The notes below the pieces were generated by a model. It did no database searches and was not told the DNA's origin. It was given only the letters and a program-made list of their open reading frames with translations. A stretch of 64,000 bases of DNA from Elusimicrobiota bacterium (lineage in GTDB: Bacteria; Elusimicrobiota; Elusimicrobia; F11), in contig JBGAON010000001.1 in the NCBI GenBank assembly GCA_044221725.1, positions 1 to 64,000 on the forward strand, read 5' to 3'. A program made the position numbers and the translations under genes. How positions within the stretch are numbered: position 1 is the stretch's first letter; every line of letters begins with the position of its first letter. Of this stretch, positions 56,712 through 64,000 are shown piece by piece.

Positions 56712-57131
56712 ATGAATATGAAAAGGAAACAAAAAATTATGATGTTCATCGCCGCTTTGACGTTTTCGGAAGCGGCATTCCTTCGAAGTTTTTCCTATGC
56801 CGAGACACGGCCTCCGCTAGAAACGGCAATAATGCCCGTTCCGTGTTGGCAACAACGTCCCGATCTTGTTCCGTGTAGTTATACGGTTACATGTCGAACG
56901 AGCTCGATTGTGGTCGACACCTATTGTTACGTTTGGGAAAACAAATGCGATGGTTCCAGTCAACTGCAACGACGGGAAGAATTTTCCGAAACTCTGTGCC
57001 TGGAGCACGGTGGATGGGACGATGAAACAGCAATAGGGGATCCGGAAATAATTTCGCCAGTGCGCCCCTCGGGTCCCGTGCCTCTGCCAGGAAGGTTGAT
57101 CGAGGCTGCTGACCGGGCCGCAGGACGCTAA
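56712..57131 (+). CDS. Small secreted Cys-rich hypothetical protein
   Basis: AAGGAG RBS; signal-peptide-like N-terminus; six Cys; followed by a terminator. Confidence 0.7.
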   Translation: MNMKRKQKIMMFIAALTFSEAAFLRSFSYAETRPPLETAIMPVPCWQQRPDLVPCSYTVTCRTSSIVVDTYCYVWENKCDGSSQLQRREEFSETLCLEHGGWDDETAIGDPEIISPVRPSGPVPLPGRLIEAADRAAGR

Positions 57132-57149
57132 TTCAACAATCTGTTCCTT

Positions 57150-57194
57150 AGCCGCCACGGATTCCCTCCCGGGAGTTCGTGGCGGTTTTTTTTT
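57150..57194 (+). terminator. Intrinsic terminator
   Basis: GCCGCCACGGATTCCC/GGGAGTTCGTGGCGGT stem followed by a T-tract. Confidence 0.85.
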
Positions 57195-57217
57195 CGTCCA
57201 TTTCTTATAATCCGGCG

Positions 57218-58399
57218 ATGTCGCATTCCGACGATTCCATTTCCCGAATATTGCGCGGTGCCACGAAAGTTGTTTCTGAAGCGGAGCTGAAGGCCAAGCT
57301 CGCGAAGGGAAAACCTTTGCGTGTAAAACTCGGTGTTGACCCGACCGCGCCCGATATCCATTTGGGTCACACCGTCGTGCTCACGAAACTCCGCACGTTT
57401 CAGGATCTTGGGCACACCGTTGTTTTTATTATTGGTGATTTCACGGCGGCCGTCGGCGATCCGTCGGGTCGGGATGCGACGCGGCCACCGCTTTCAGAAG
57501 AAGCGATCAACGCAAACATAAAGACTTACACCGATCAAGTATTTAAAGTGCTCGACAAATCCAAAACCGAAGTTCGTTACAACGGTGAATGGCTCTACGA
57601 TTTGTTTGAGCGTTCGAACTCCGCGTTTTTGCCGAAATCGCTTTTGCGCCAGCACACGGTGCAACAATTAATGGAACGCGACGATTTCACGGAACGCCGC
57701 AAAGCGGGCCAGCCAATTTCCATTCTTGAACTTCTTTATCCCTTGTTTCAGGGATACGATTCGGTCGCTGTTAAAGCGGATGTCGAGCTCGGAGGCAACG
57801 ATCAACTTTTTAATTTGCTGATGGGCCGGCAGATGCAGAAGAATGCCGGGCAAGAGCCGCAGGTGGTGATGACGCTGCCGTTGCTTGAAGGATTGGATGG
57901 AACGCGCAAGATGTCGAAGTCGTACGGCAATCATGTAGGCGTGAAAGACCCGCAGAATGAAATGTTTGGAAAAATTATGTCCATTCCGGACGAGTTGATG
58001 TGGAAGTATTACGAATTGCTGACCGAAGAAAATATTCCAAGCGTCAAACAGATGCATCCGATGGAAGCCAAAAAGAAATTGGCCGGACTCATTGTTGAGC
58101 GTTACCACGGCGAGTCTGCGGCGAAAGATGCCGCGCAAAATTTTGCGAACGTGTTTTCGAAAGGCGAAACTCCCGAAGACATGGAGCCGTTCCAATTAAC
58201 AAAGAAAGACATCGACGCTGTGGAATTGATTGTGGCGGCCGAGATGGCAGCGTCCAAGAACGAAGCGCGGCGGTTGGTGGAGCAAGGCGGCGTGCAATTG
58301 GACGGGAAGCGCGTGAATTTGGGGGACAAAATTTCGATTGCGGCTCCCGGCGTATTAAAAGTAGGAAAGCGAAAATTCAAAAAACTGTTGCCGGTTTAA
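57218..58399 (+). CDS. tyrS: Tyrosine--tRNA ligase
   Basis: KLGVDPTAPDIHLGH, YPLFQGYDS, GGNDQLFN, KMSKS, C-terminal S4 domain. Confidence 0.96.
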   Translation: MSHSDDSISRILRGATKVVSEAELKAKLAKGKPLRVKLGVDPTAPDIHLGHTVVLTKLRTFQDLGHTVVFIIGDFTAAVGDPSGRDATRPPLSEEAINANIKTYTDQVFKVLDKSKTEVRYNGEWLYDLFERSNSAFLPKSLLRQHTVQQLMERDDFTERRKAGQPISILELLYPLFQGYDSVAVKADVELGGNDQLFNLLMGRQMQKNAGQEPQVVMTLPLLEGLDGTRKMSKSYGNHVGVKDPQNEMFGKIMSIPDELMWKYYELLTEENIPSVKQMHPMEAKKKLAGLIVERYHGESAAKDAAQNFANVFSKGETPEDMEPFQLTKKDIDAVELIVAAEMAASKNEARRLVEQGGVQLDGKRVNLGDKISIAAPGVLKVGKRKFKKLLPV

Positions 58400-58403
58400 T
58401 ATT

Positions 58404-58436
58404 CGTCATTCCGGCGAACAGATTGCCGGGATGACG
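58404..58436. repeat. GTCAT(T/C)CC-type hairpin element
   Basis: CGTCATTCCGGC-N9-GCCGGGATGACG; a related partial hairpin lies at 85-111. Confidence 0.55.
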
Positions 58437-58467
58437 GCTTGAGTTGGTAAAGGGAATGGAGAGGTTT

Positions 58468-61323
58468 ATGAGCAATGTGTTGGTAGGAGAGAAAAAAATA
58501 AATCCGCTCGTCGGGATGTGGTCGCAAAAGCAGAGTTTCTGGCTCGACTTTATTAGCCGGAATGTTCTCAAGAACGGCGATCTGAAGAAGATGGTTCAAA
58601 TTGACGGTCTGCGCGGCATGACATCAAACCCCACCATTTTCGAGAAAGCCATATCGTCCAGCAACGAATACGACGCCGATCTCAAAAAATTTGCGCTGCA
58701 AGGCCAAACCATCGAAGAGATTTTTGAAAACCTGTCCGTGAAAGACATCCAAATGGCCGCCGACATTTTGAAACCCGTTTTCAAATCCAGCAAAGGCACC
58801 GACGGTTATGTGAGTCTCGAAGTGAATCCCGGTTTGGCCAACAACACGCAGGCCACCGTTGATCAAGCGAAACATTTGGCGAAGAAAGTGAAGCGGCCCA
58901 ATCTCATGATCAAAGTTCCTGGCACACCCGAAGGAATCCCCGCGATTCAAGCGCTCATTGCGGCCGGCGTGAATGTGAATATCACACTGCTGTTCTCCGT
59001 CGAGAATTACAAGCAGGTGCTCGAAGCGTATTTGCTCGGTCTCGAACAGCGCGTGAAGAAAAATTTGCCGATCAAACAAATTTCCTCGGTAGCGAGTTTC
59101 TTCGTGAGTCGCGTGGACACCATCGTGGACAAAGCGCTTGATCAGAAAATAGCTTCGAAAGCGCCGGAGGCGGCCAAGGCTCAGGCGTTGTTGCACAAAG
59201 CCGGAGTCGCCAACGCGAAGTTGGCTTACGAGCACTACGAGATGGTCACAAAATCCGACCGGTTCCAAAAGCTCGCGAAAAAAGGCGCGCAGGTTCAGCG
59301 ATTGCTGTGGGCATCGACCGGCGTGAAAGACAAACGGCTATCCGATGTTTTCTACATCGAAGAATTAATGGGTGCGGATACGGTGAACACCATGCCGCCG
59401 GCCACGATCGATGCGTTTCGTGATCATGGTACGGTTCAACCGAAGTTGAAACTTGGATGGGCGCAAGCGCACGTGGATCTTCAGGAACTCCAATCGCTTG
59501 GCATTGATTTCGAAGGGCTTATGCAGAAATTGCAGATAGACGGCGTGAAATCCTTCATCCAATCGTTCGACGATTTGATGCGCGTTACCGCCGCCAAGCG
59601 CGAAATCCTCACCGGTCAATTCGGCAAACAGGTGAAGTTCGATCTTGGTAACTACGACGCCGGCTACCGGACCTTGCTTGGAAAAATTCAAAACGAAAAC
59701 TGGGCGAAACGGGTGTGGGAAAAAGATGCGACGCTTTGGAAATCCGACGAGGCCCACCAGAAAATTATTAAGAATTCGCTCGGTTGGCTCACGGTTCCGG
59801 GCTACGTGAAAGCCAATTATTCAAACGTGCAAGCGATTGTTGCCGATATCAAGAAAGCGAAGTTCACGCACGCGCTGCTTCTGGGAATGGGCGGTTCAAG
59901 TTTGTGCCCCGAAGTGTTGCGGATTACTTTTGGAAAAAAGAACGGCTATCCGGATCTCGCGATTCTCGATAGCACCGAGCCCGCGTCGGTGCTCGAGCGC
60001 GCGCGTCGCTCAAAGCCGGAGAAAACTCTTTATATTGTCGCGAGCAAATCCGGCTCAACGACCGAGCCGAACGCGTTCCTCGCATACTTTTTTGATCTCG
60101 TGAAGAAAAAGAAAGGCGAGAAAGCCGGCGAAAACTTCGTTGCGATCACCGATCCGGGCACGATGATGGAACGCCTCGCGCGCGAGAAAAAATTCCGTCA
60201 TATTGTTTTGAATCCTTCGGATATCGGCGGCCGCTATTCGGCGCTGTCGTTCTTCGGTATGTTACCGGCCGCGCTGATGGGGATCGACGTTCCGACGCTC
60301 ATTGAGAACGCCTATTTGATGGCCGGAGCCTGCTCGGCCGTTGTGCCGGCGAAACAAAATCTTGGCGTGCAACTGGGCGCGGCACTCGGAAGCCTCGCGA
60401 ACGCGGGCCGAAACAAAGTCACGTTTTTCCTTGGCAAAGAGATTGCGTCGCTCTCGACGTGGGTTGAGCAATTAATTGCGGAAAGCACCGGAAAAGAAGG
60501 CAAAGGAATTCTTCCGGTGGAAGGCGAGCCGATGGAAGCGCCCGATGTCTACGGGAATGACCGGGTTTTCGTTTCCATACAATTGAAAAGAGATTTGGCA
60601 TTGGAGAAGAAGCTGGCGATTCTTAAGAAAGCCGGACATCCGGTAATCCAAATTCAGCTTTCGAACAAGGAACAGATCTCCGGCGAATTTTTCCGGTGGG
60701 AATTTGCGACGGCGATTGCCGGCGCGGCGCTCGGCATTGACGCGTTTGATCAGCCAAACGTTCAGGAATCAAAAGATCTCACAAAGAAGTACTTGGATGC
60801 CTATAAAATGCAGGGCACGCTCTCGCAAGACGAACCCACGCTCACCGAAAACGGGCTTGCCGTGTATTCCATGAACGGCTTGAGTCAGACGACGAACGTC
60901 GAAGAGCTTCTGCAAATGTTGTTCCGCGATGTGCGCGCTGGCGACTATGTGGCGCTGTTGGCTTATTTGGAGCGCAACGCCAAACACGAGAAGATTTTGC
61001 AGGAAATTCGCGAAATTATACTTACGACCAAGCATGTGGCGACCACCGTGGGTTTTGGGCCGCGCTTCCTTCACTCGACCGGTCAATTGCATAAAGGTGG
61101 CGATAACAGCGGCGTGTTTCTTCAAATTACTGCCGACGATAAAAAAGATGTAGCCATCCCCGGCGAACCGTTTGGATTCAGTGTATTGAAAGAGGCCCAA
61201 GCGCTTGGTGATTTGAGCGCGCTCGCCAACAAACACCGCCGCGCCATTCGGATTCATCTGGAAGACGCCGAGGAAGGATTGGTTCGGCTTCGCGATTTAA
61301 TTAAGAAGGTAACGACGCATTGA
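58468..61323 (+). CDS. Bifunctional transaldolase / glucose-6-phosphate isomerase
   Basis: GMTSNPTIF, MIKVP, NVNITLLFS, SVASFFVSR (Tal); GMGGSSL, SKSGST, GGRYS, EQLIAESTGK, DQPNV (Pgi). Confidence 0.93.
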   Translation: MSNVLVGEKKINPLVGMWSQKQSFWLDFISRNVLKNGDLKKMVQIDGLRGMTSNPTIFEKAISSSNEYDADLKKFALQGQTIEEIFENLSVKDIQMAADILKPVFKSSKGTDGYVSLEVNPGLANNTQATVDQAKHLAKKVKRPNLMIKVPGTPEGIPAIQALIAAGVNVNITLLFSVENYKQVLEAYLLGLEQRVKKNLPIKQISSVASFFVSRVDTIVDKALDQKIASKAPEAAKAQALLHKAGVANAKLAYEHYEMVTKSDRFQKLAKKGAQVQRLLWASTGVKDKRLSDVFYIEELMGADTVNTMPPATIDAFRDHGTVQPKLKLGWAQAHVDLQELQSLGIDFEGLMQKLQIDGVKSFIQSFDDLMRVTAAKREILTGQFGKQVKFDLGNYDAGYRTLLGKIQNENWAKRVWEKDATLWKSDEAHQKIIKNSLGWLTVPGYVKANYSNVQAIVADIKKAKFTHALLLGMGGSSLCPEVLRITFGKKNGYPDLAILDSTEPASVLERARRSKPEKTLYIVASKSGSTTEPNAFLAYFFDLVKKKKGEKAGENFVAITDPGTMMERLAREKKFRHIVLNPSDIGGRYSALSFFGMLPAALMGIDVPTLIENAYLMAGACSAVVPAKQNLGVQLGAALGSLANAGRNKVTFFLGKEIASLSTWVEQLIAESTGKEGKGILPVEGEPMEAPDVYGNDRVFVSIQLKRDLALEKKLAILKKAGHPVIQIQLSNKEQISGEFFRWEFATAIAGAALGIDAFDQPNVQESKDLTKKYLDAYKMQGTLSQDEPTLTENGLAVYSMNGLSQTTNVEELLQMLFRDVRAGDYVALLAYLERNAKHEKILQEIREIILTTKHVATTVGFGPRFLHSTGQLHKGGDNSGVFLQITADDKKDVAIPGEPFGFSVLKEAQALGDLSALANKHRRAIRIHLEDAEEGLVRLRDLIKKVTTH

Positions 61324-62078
61324 TCGTTGTCGCACAAGACCAATCCGTTTTCTCGAAGAAAGCCGCTCAAATTGTCGCTGAAACCGCCAGCGAAGCAATT
61401 GCTGCGCGCGGCAAGTTTGTGTTGGCGTTGTGCGGTGGCCGAGCGCCGCAGCCCGTTCTCTCGCTTTTAGCGGAGAATTATTATCGCGACCGCATCGACT
61501 GGAAAAATGTTGTGGTCTGCTGGGGCGACGAGCGCTGCGTCCCACCGGACAATTCGGAAAGCAACTACAAGTTGGCATTGGATTGCCTTTTATCGAAAGT
61601 ACCAGTGCCCGTTGCGAATATTCACCGGATTTCGGGCGAAATGTTGTCGGCGCAGGATGCCGCGAAGGCCTACGAGCAGGATTTAAAAATGTTATTCCGT
61701 TTTGAGCGGCCATTTCCTAAGTTTGATCTTGTGATGCTCGGTGTTGGCGAAGACGGACATACGGCGTCGCTTTTTCCGGGCAGCTCCGCGCTCGACGAAA
61801 CGGAAAAATGGGTTGTTGGCCACCGCGTGGAAAAACTTGGGATGAATCGCATTACGCTCACGTACCCGGTTATTAACAATGCGCGAAAAATCTTGGTTCT
61901 CTGCCCGGGCGAAAATAAGGCAACGGTCGCGCGCGATGTGTTTTGGGACGAGGCGCCAAAAAGTCGTTATCCGGTTCAGCGTGTGACGCCGGTGGCTGGT
62001 GAAATCATTTGGCTCTTGGACCGCGGATCGGCATCAAAATTGGTGGCATCGGCGCAAAGCCAAGCGTCGTATATTTGA
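61320..62078 (+). CDS. pgl: 6-phosphogluconolactonase
   Basis: WGDERCVP...SNY, LGVGEDGHTASLFP, RITLT. Confidence 0.92.
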   Translation: MIVVAQDQSVFSKKAAQIVAETASEAIAARGKFVLALCGGRAPQPVLSLLAENYYRDRIDWKNVVVCWGDERCVPPDNSESNYKLALDCLLSKVPVPVANIHRISGEMLSAQDAAKAYEQDLKMLFRFERPFPKFDLVMLGVGEDGHTASLFPGSSALDETEKWVVGHRVEKLGMNRITLTYPVINNARKILVLCPGENKATVARDVFWDEAPKSRYPVQRVTPVAGEIIWLLDRGSASKLVASAQSQASYI

Positions 62079-62101
62079 AATCGGATTCATTAGGAGGGTT
62101 C

Positions 62102-62902
62102 ATGTTCAAACGATTGTTGCTCACGGCGATTTTTGCCCTCGGATTATCAGTGGCGCAGGCCGCGGGAAAATGCCCTCAGCCGACCGTATTTGATGGTCTG
62201 CTCAAATCCAACGTCGACAAAGATGGATATGTCGATTACGACGGTTTTCGCGTGAACAAGGGTGGCGATCTTTACGAATATATTTCTTTGATGGAAACGG
62301 CGGACCTGAGCACCTGCGGTGAAATGGAAAGGCTCGCGTTCTGGATCAATGCGTACAATGCGCACATGATTCGCCTGGTGTTGGCGCGACCGAATCTCAA
62401 ACAAGTGAGCGAAGATTTCAAAGTGTTTGCCGAACCGTTTAAAGTGGCGCGTCTCAGATTGTCGTTGAACGACATTGAGCACCGCATTATTCGTTCCGAC
62501 CCCCAAAAAGGCGGCGGCGTCGAAAATATTTCTGTTAAAAATCCGGATCAGCGGATCCATTTCGCTATCGTCAATGGCGCCATTGATTCTCCAAAGCTAA
62601 ACAACCGCGCCTATGCGGGGCCCACGTTGGACGCCGTGCTTCAAGCGAACGCAATCGCATTTGCAAACAATCCAAAATATTTGCGGATCGAAAACGGTAA
62701 GCTTGTGATGTCCGCGATCTTTAAATGGTACGAGGCGGATTTTGCGCGCGTCGGTGGCGTGGCAGCGTATCTTTCCTCGCTGACCGATTCAAAATTGCGC
62801 CCGGACGCCGACGCGATCGACGCCAAGTTGGCCACGGATTTTCCAAACAACGTAGATTTTAAATTCGATTGGACTCTGAACAGCATAAAGAATAAGAAAT
62901 AA
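62102..62902 (+). CDS. DUF547-like exported protein
   Basis: G.VDY, LAFWINAYNA, SLNDIEH, RIHFA, SAIFKWY, FDWTLN; GGAGG RBS. Confidence 0.85.
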   Translation: MFKRLLLTAIFALGLSVAQAAGKCPQPTVFDGLLKSNVDKDGYVDYDGFRVNKGGDLYEYISLMETADLSTCGEMERLAFWINAYNAHMIRLVLARPNLKQVSEDFKVFAEPFKVARLRLSLNDIEHRIIRSDPQKGGGVENISVKNPDQRIHFAIVNGAIDSPKLNNRAYAGPTLDAVLQANAIAFANNPKYLRIENGKLVMSAIFKWYEADFARVGGVAAYLSSLTDSKLRPDADAIDAKLATDFPNNVDFKFDWTLNSIKNKK

Positions 62903-62913
62903 GGAAGCGTGTT

Positions 62914-62980
62914 CCCTCTCCCTTTAGGGAGAGGGTTAGGGAGAGGGAACCCTCCCCCCAGCCCCTCCCTAAAGGAGGGG
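62914..62980. repeat. Palindromic REP-like element, inverted doublet, intergenic
   Basis: CCCTCTCCC-TTTA-GGGAGAGGG-TTAGGGAGAGGG, then CCCTCCCCCCAG-CCCCTCC-CTAAA-GGAGGGG. Confidence 0.85.
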
Positions 62981-62997
62981 AGAATAAGGAGACAAAG

Positions 62998-63456
62998 ATG
63001 GGATTGAATATTGGAGATAAGGCGCCCCAGTTTAAATTGAAGAACGATGCGGGCGAAGACGTTTCGTTGAAAGATTTTTCCGGGAAGAATGTGGTTCTTT
63101 ATTTTTATCCGAAAGACGACACTCCGGGCTGCACAAAGGAAGCGTGCGACTTTAAAGAACAACAGAAAAAATTTGATAAGAAAAACGTTGTGATCATCGG
63201 TGTGAGCGGCGACAGCGTCGAATCACACGTGAAATTCAAAAAGAAATACGGGTTGCCATTCTATTTGCTCAGCGATCCCGATAAAAAAATGCTGGAGTCG
63301 TACGGTGTGTGGAAAGAGAAAAGTATGTATGGCCGAAAATACATGGGCATTGAACGCACAACATTCGTGATTGACGGCAAAGGCACAATTGCGAAGATTT
63401 TCCCGAAAGTGAGCGTCACGGGACACGTCGATGAGGTGTTTGCTTCCATCAATTAA
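62998..63456 (+). CDS. bcp: Thioredoxin-dependent peroxiredoxin Bcp
   Basis: YFYPKDDTPGCTKEACDF. Confidence 0.93.
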   Translation: MGLNIGDKAPQFKLKNDAGEDVSLKDFSGKNVVLYFYPKDDTPGCTKEACDFKEQQKKFDKKNVVIIGVSGDSVESHVKFKKKYGLPFYLLSDPDKKMLESYGVWKEKSMYGRKYMGIERTTFVIDGKGTIAKIFPKVSVTGHVDEVFASIN

Positions 63457-64000
63457 ATGAATCGTTTTACGTCTTCTACCATAGGCAAGAAAATCGTTGT
63501 CGCTGTGACCGGGCTTATCATGTTCGGTTTCATCGTCGGGCATTTGTTGGGCAACCTTCAGGTGTTCCAAGGACCAGAGAAGCTGAACAATTATGCACAT
63601 TTTCTCAAGCACGCCACTGCGCTGTTGTGGGGCACGCGCGTGGCGCTGCTGGCCTCTGTTCTGCTGCATATCGTGTGCACCGTCCAACTGAATCGCCGCA
63701 ACCGTGCGAGCCGACCCATCGGTTACGCGCAACACCAAATGATTCAGGCCTCCCGACCGTCGTTGTTCATGATTTGGAGCGGCGTGTTTCTTGCTGTGTA
63801 CATTGTTTATCACTTGTTGCATCTTACGGTGGGTTCCGTTCATCCCAATTTCGACGAGCTCGATGTTTACCGCAATATCGTAAACGGTTTCCAAGTCTGG
63901 TACGTCTCGCTGTTTTACATTCTCGCTATGGTTTCTCTCGGATTTCATTTGAATCACGGCGTATTTTCTGTGTTCCAAACATTGGGCCTTAATCACCCAA
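63457..64000 (+). CDS. sdhC: Succinate dehydrogenase/fumarate reductase cytochrome b subunit (runs off the window end; absent from the ORF track)
   Basis: Translated by hand: MNRFTSSTIGKKIVVAVTGLIMFGFIVGHLLGNLQVF...YHLLHLT...FHLNHGVFSVFQTLG. Confidence 0.88.
   Translation, partial: MNRFTSSTIGKKIVVAVTGLIMFGFIVGHLLGNLQVFQGPEKLNNYAHFLKHATALLWGTRVALLASVLLHIVCTVQLNRRNRASRPIGYAQHQMIQASRPSLFMIWSGVFLAVYIVYHLLHLTVGSVHPNFDELDVYRNIVNGFQVWYVSLFYILAMVSLGFHLNHGVFSVFQTLGLNHP

Noticed and set aside
57132..57217. T-box riboswitch upstream of tyrS
   Set aside because: The intergenic space is too short, there is no T-box consensus, and the hairpin is explained as the upstream gene's terminator.
58468..61323. 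Tal-Pgi fusion as a novelty
   Set aside because: Bifunctional transaldolase/phosphoglucose isomerase is a known architecture.
1..64000. Many alternative-frame and antisense ORFs in the track (for example 21308-22228, 42148-43014, 63223-63996)
   Set aside because: They overlap well-supported genes, show no motifs and are expected shadow ORFs at this GC content.
1..64000. CRISPR array, rRNA, prophage or IS transposase
   Set aside because: No regularly spaced repeat-spacer units, rRNA-like tracts, phage genes or transposase motifs were seen.

Overview
Bacterial chromosomal segment of moderate GC. The taxon cannot be fixed from the sequence alone; SurA-like and FlgO/CsgG-like proteins suggest a diderm. 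The first ~3.1 kb is an integron: intI (2150-3151), a candidate attI, and three minus-strand cassettes encoding envelope-type proteins. Two attC sites are intact and the third survives only as its R'' half. The rest is mostly core genome: prfC, miaE, icd, ettA-pgeF-MFS-NYN-rnr-ppnP, lhr, tRNA-Ser(GCT), greA, def, asd, rplM-rpsI, HU, aminotransferase-hom-thrC, livKHMGF, cinA-LOG-thpR, rsmA, tyrS, tal-pgi fusion, pgl, bcp and a partial sdhC. The main leads are: (1) a three-gene putative lysine-catabolism operon whose middle gene is an unannotated ~466-aa protein with HPPD/HglS-like His-His-Glu motifs, a candidate divergent 2-oxoadipate dioxygenase; (2) a CCCTCTCCC-N4-GGGAGAGGG palindromic repeat family with one copy in frame inside pgeF; (3) a TPR reading frame behind rpsI whose first ~80 codons lack a canonical start; (4) a perfect parS-type palindrome; (5) a recurring -10-box-then-ATG pattern suggesting leaderless mRNAs; (6) a sigma54-type promoter upstream of a Cys-rich secreted orphan gene. 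All calls come from reading motifs by eye; no database searches were run.
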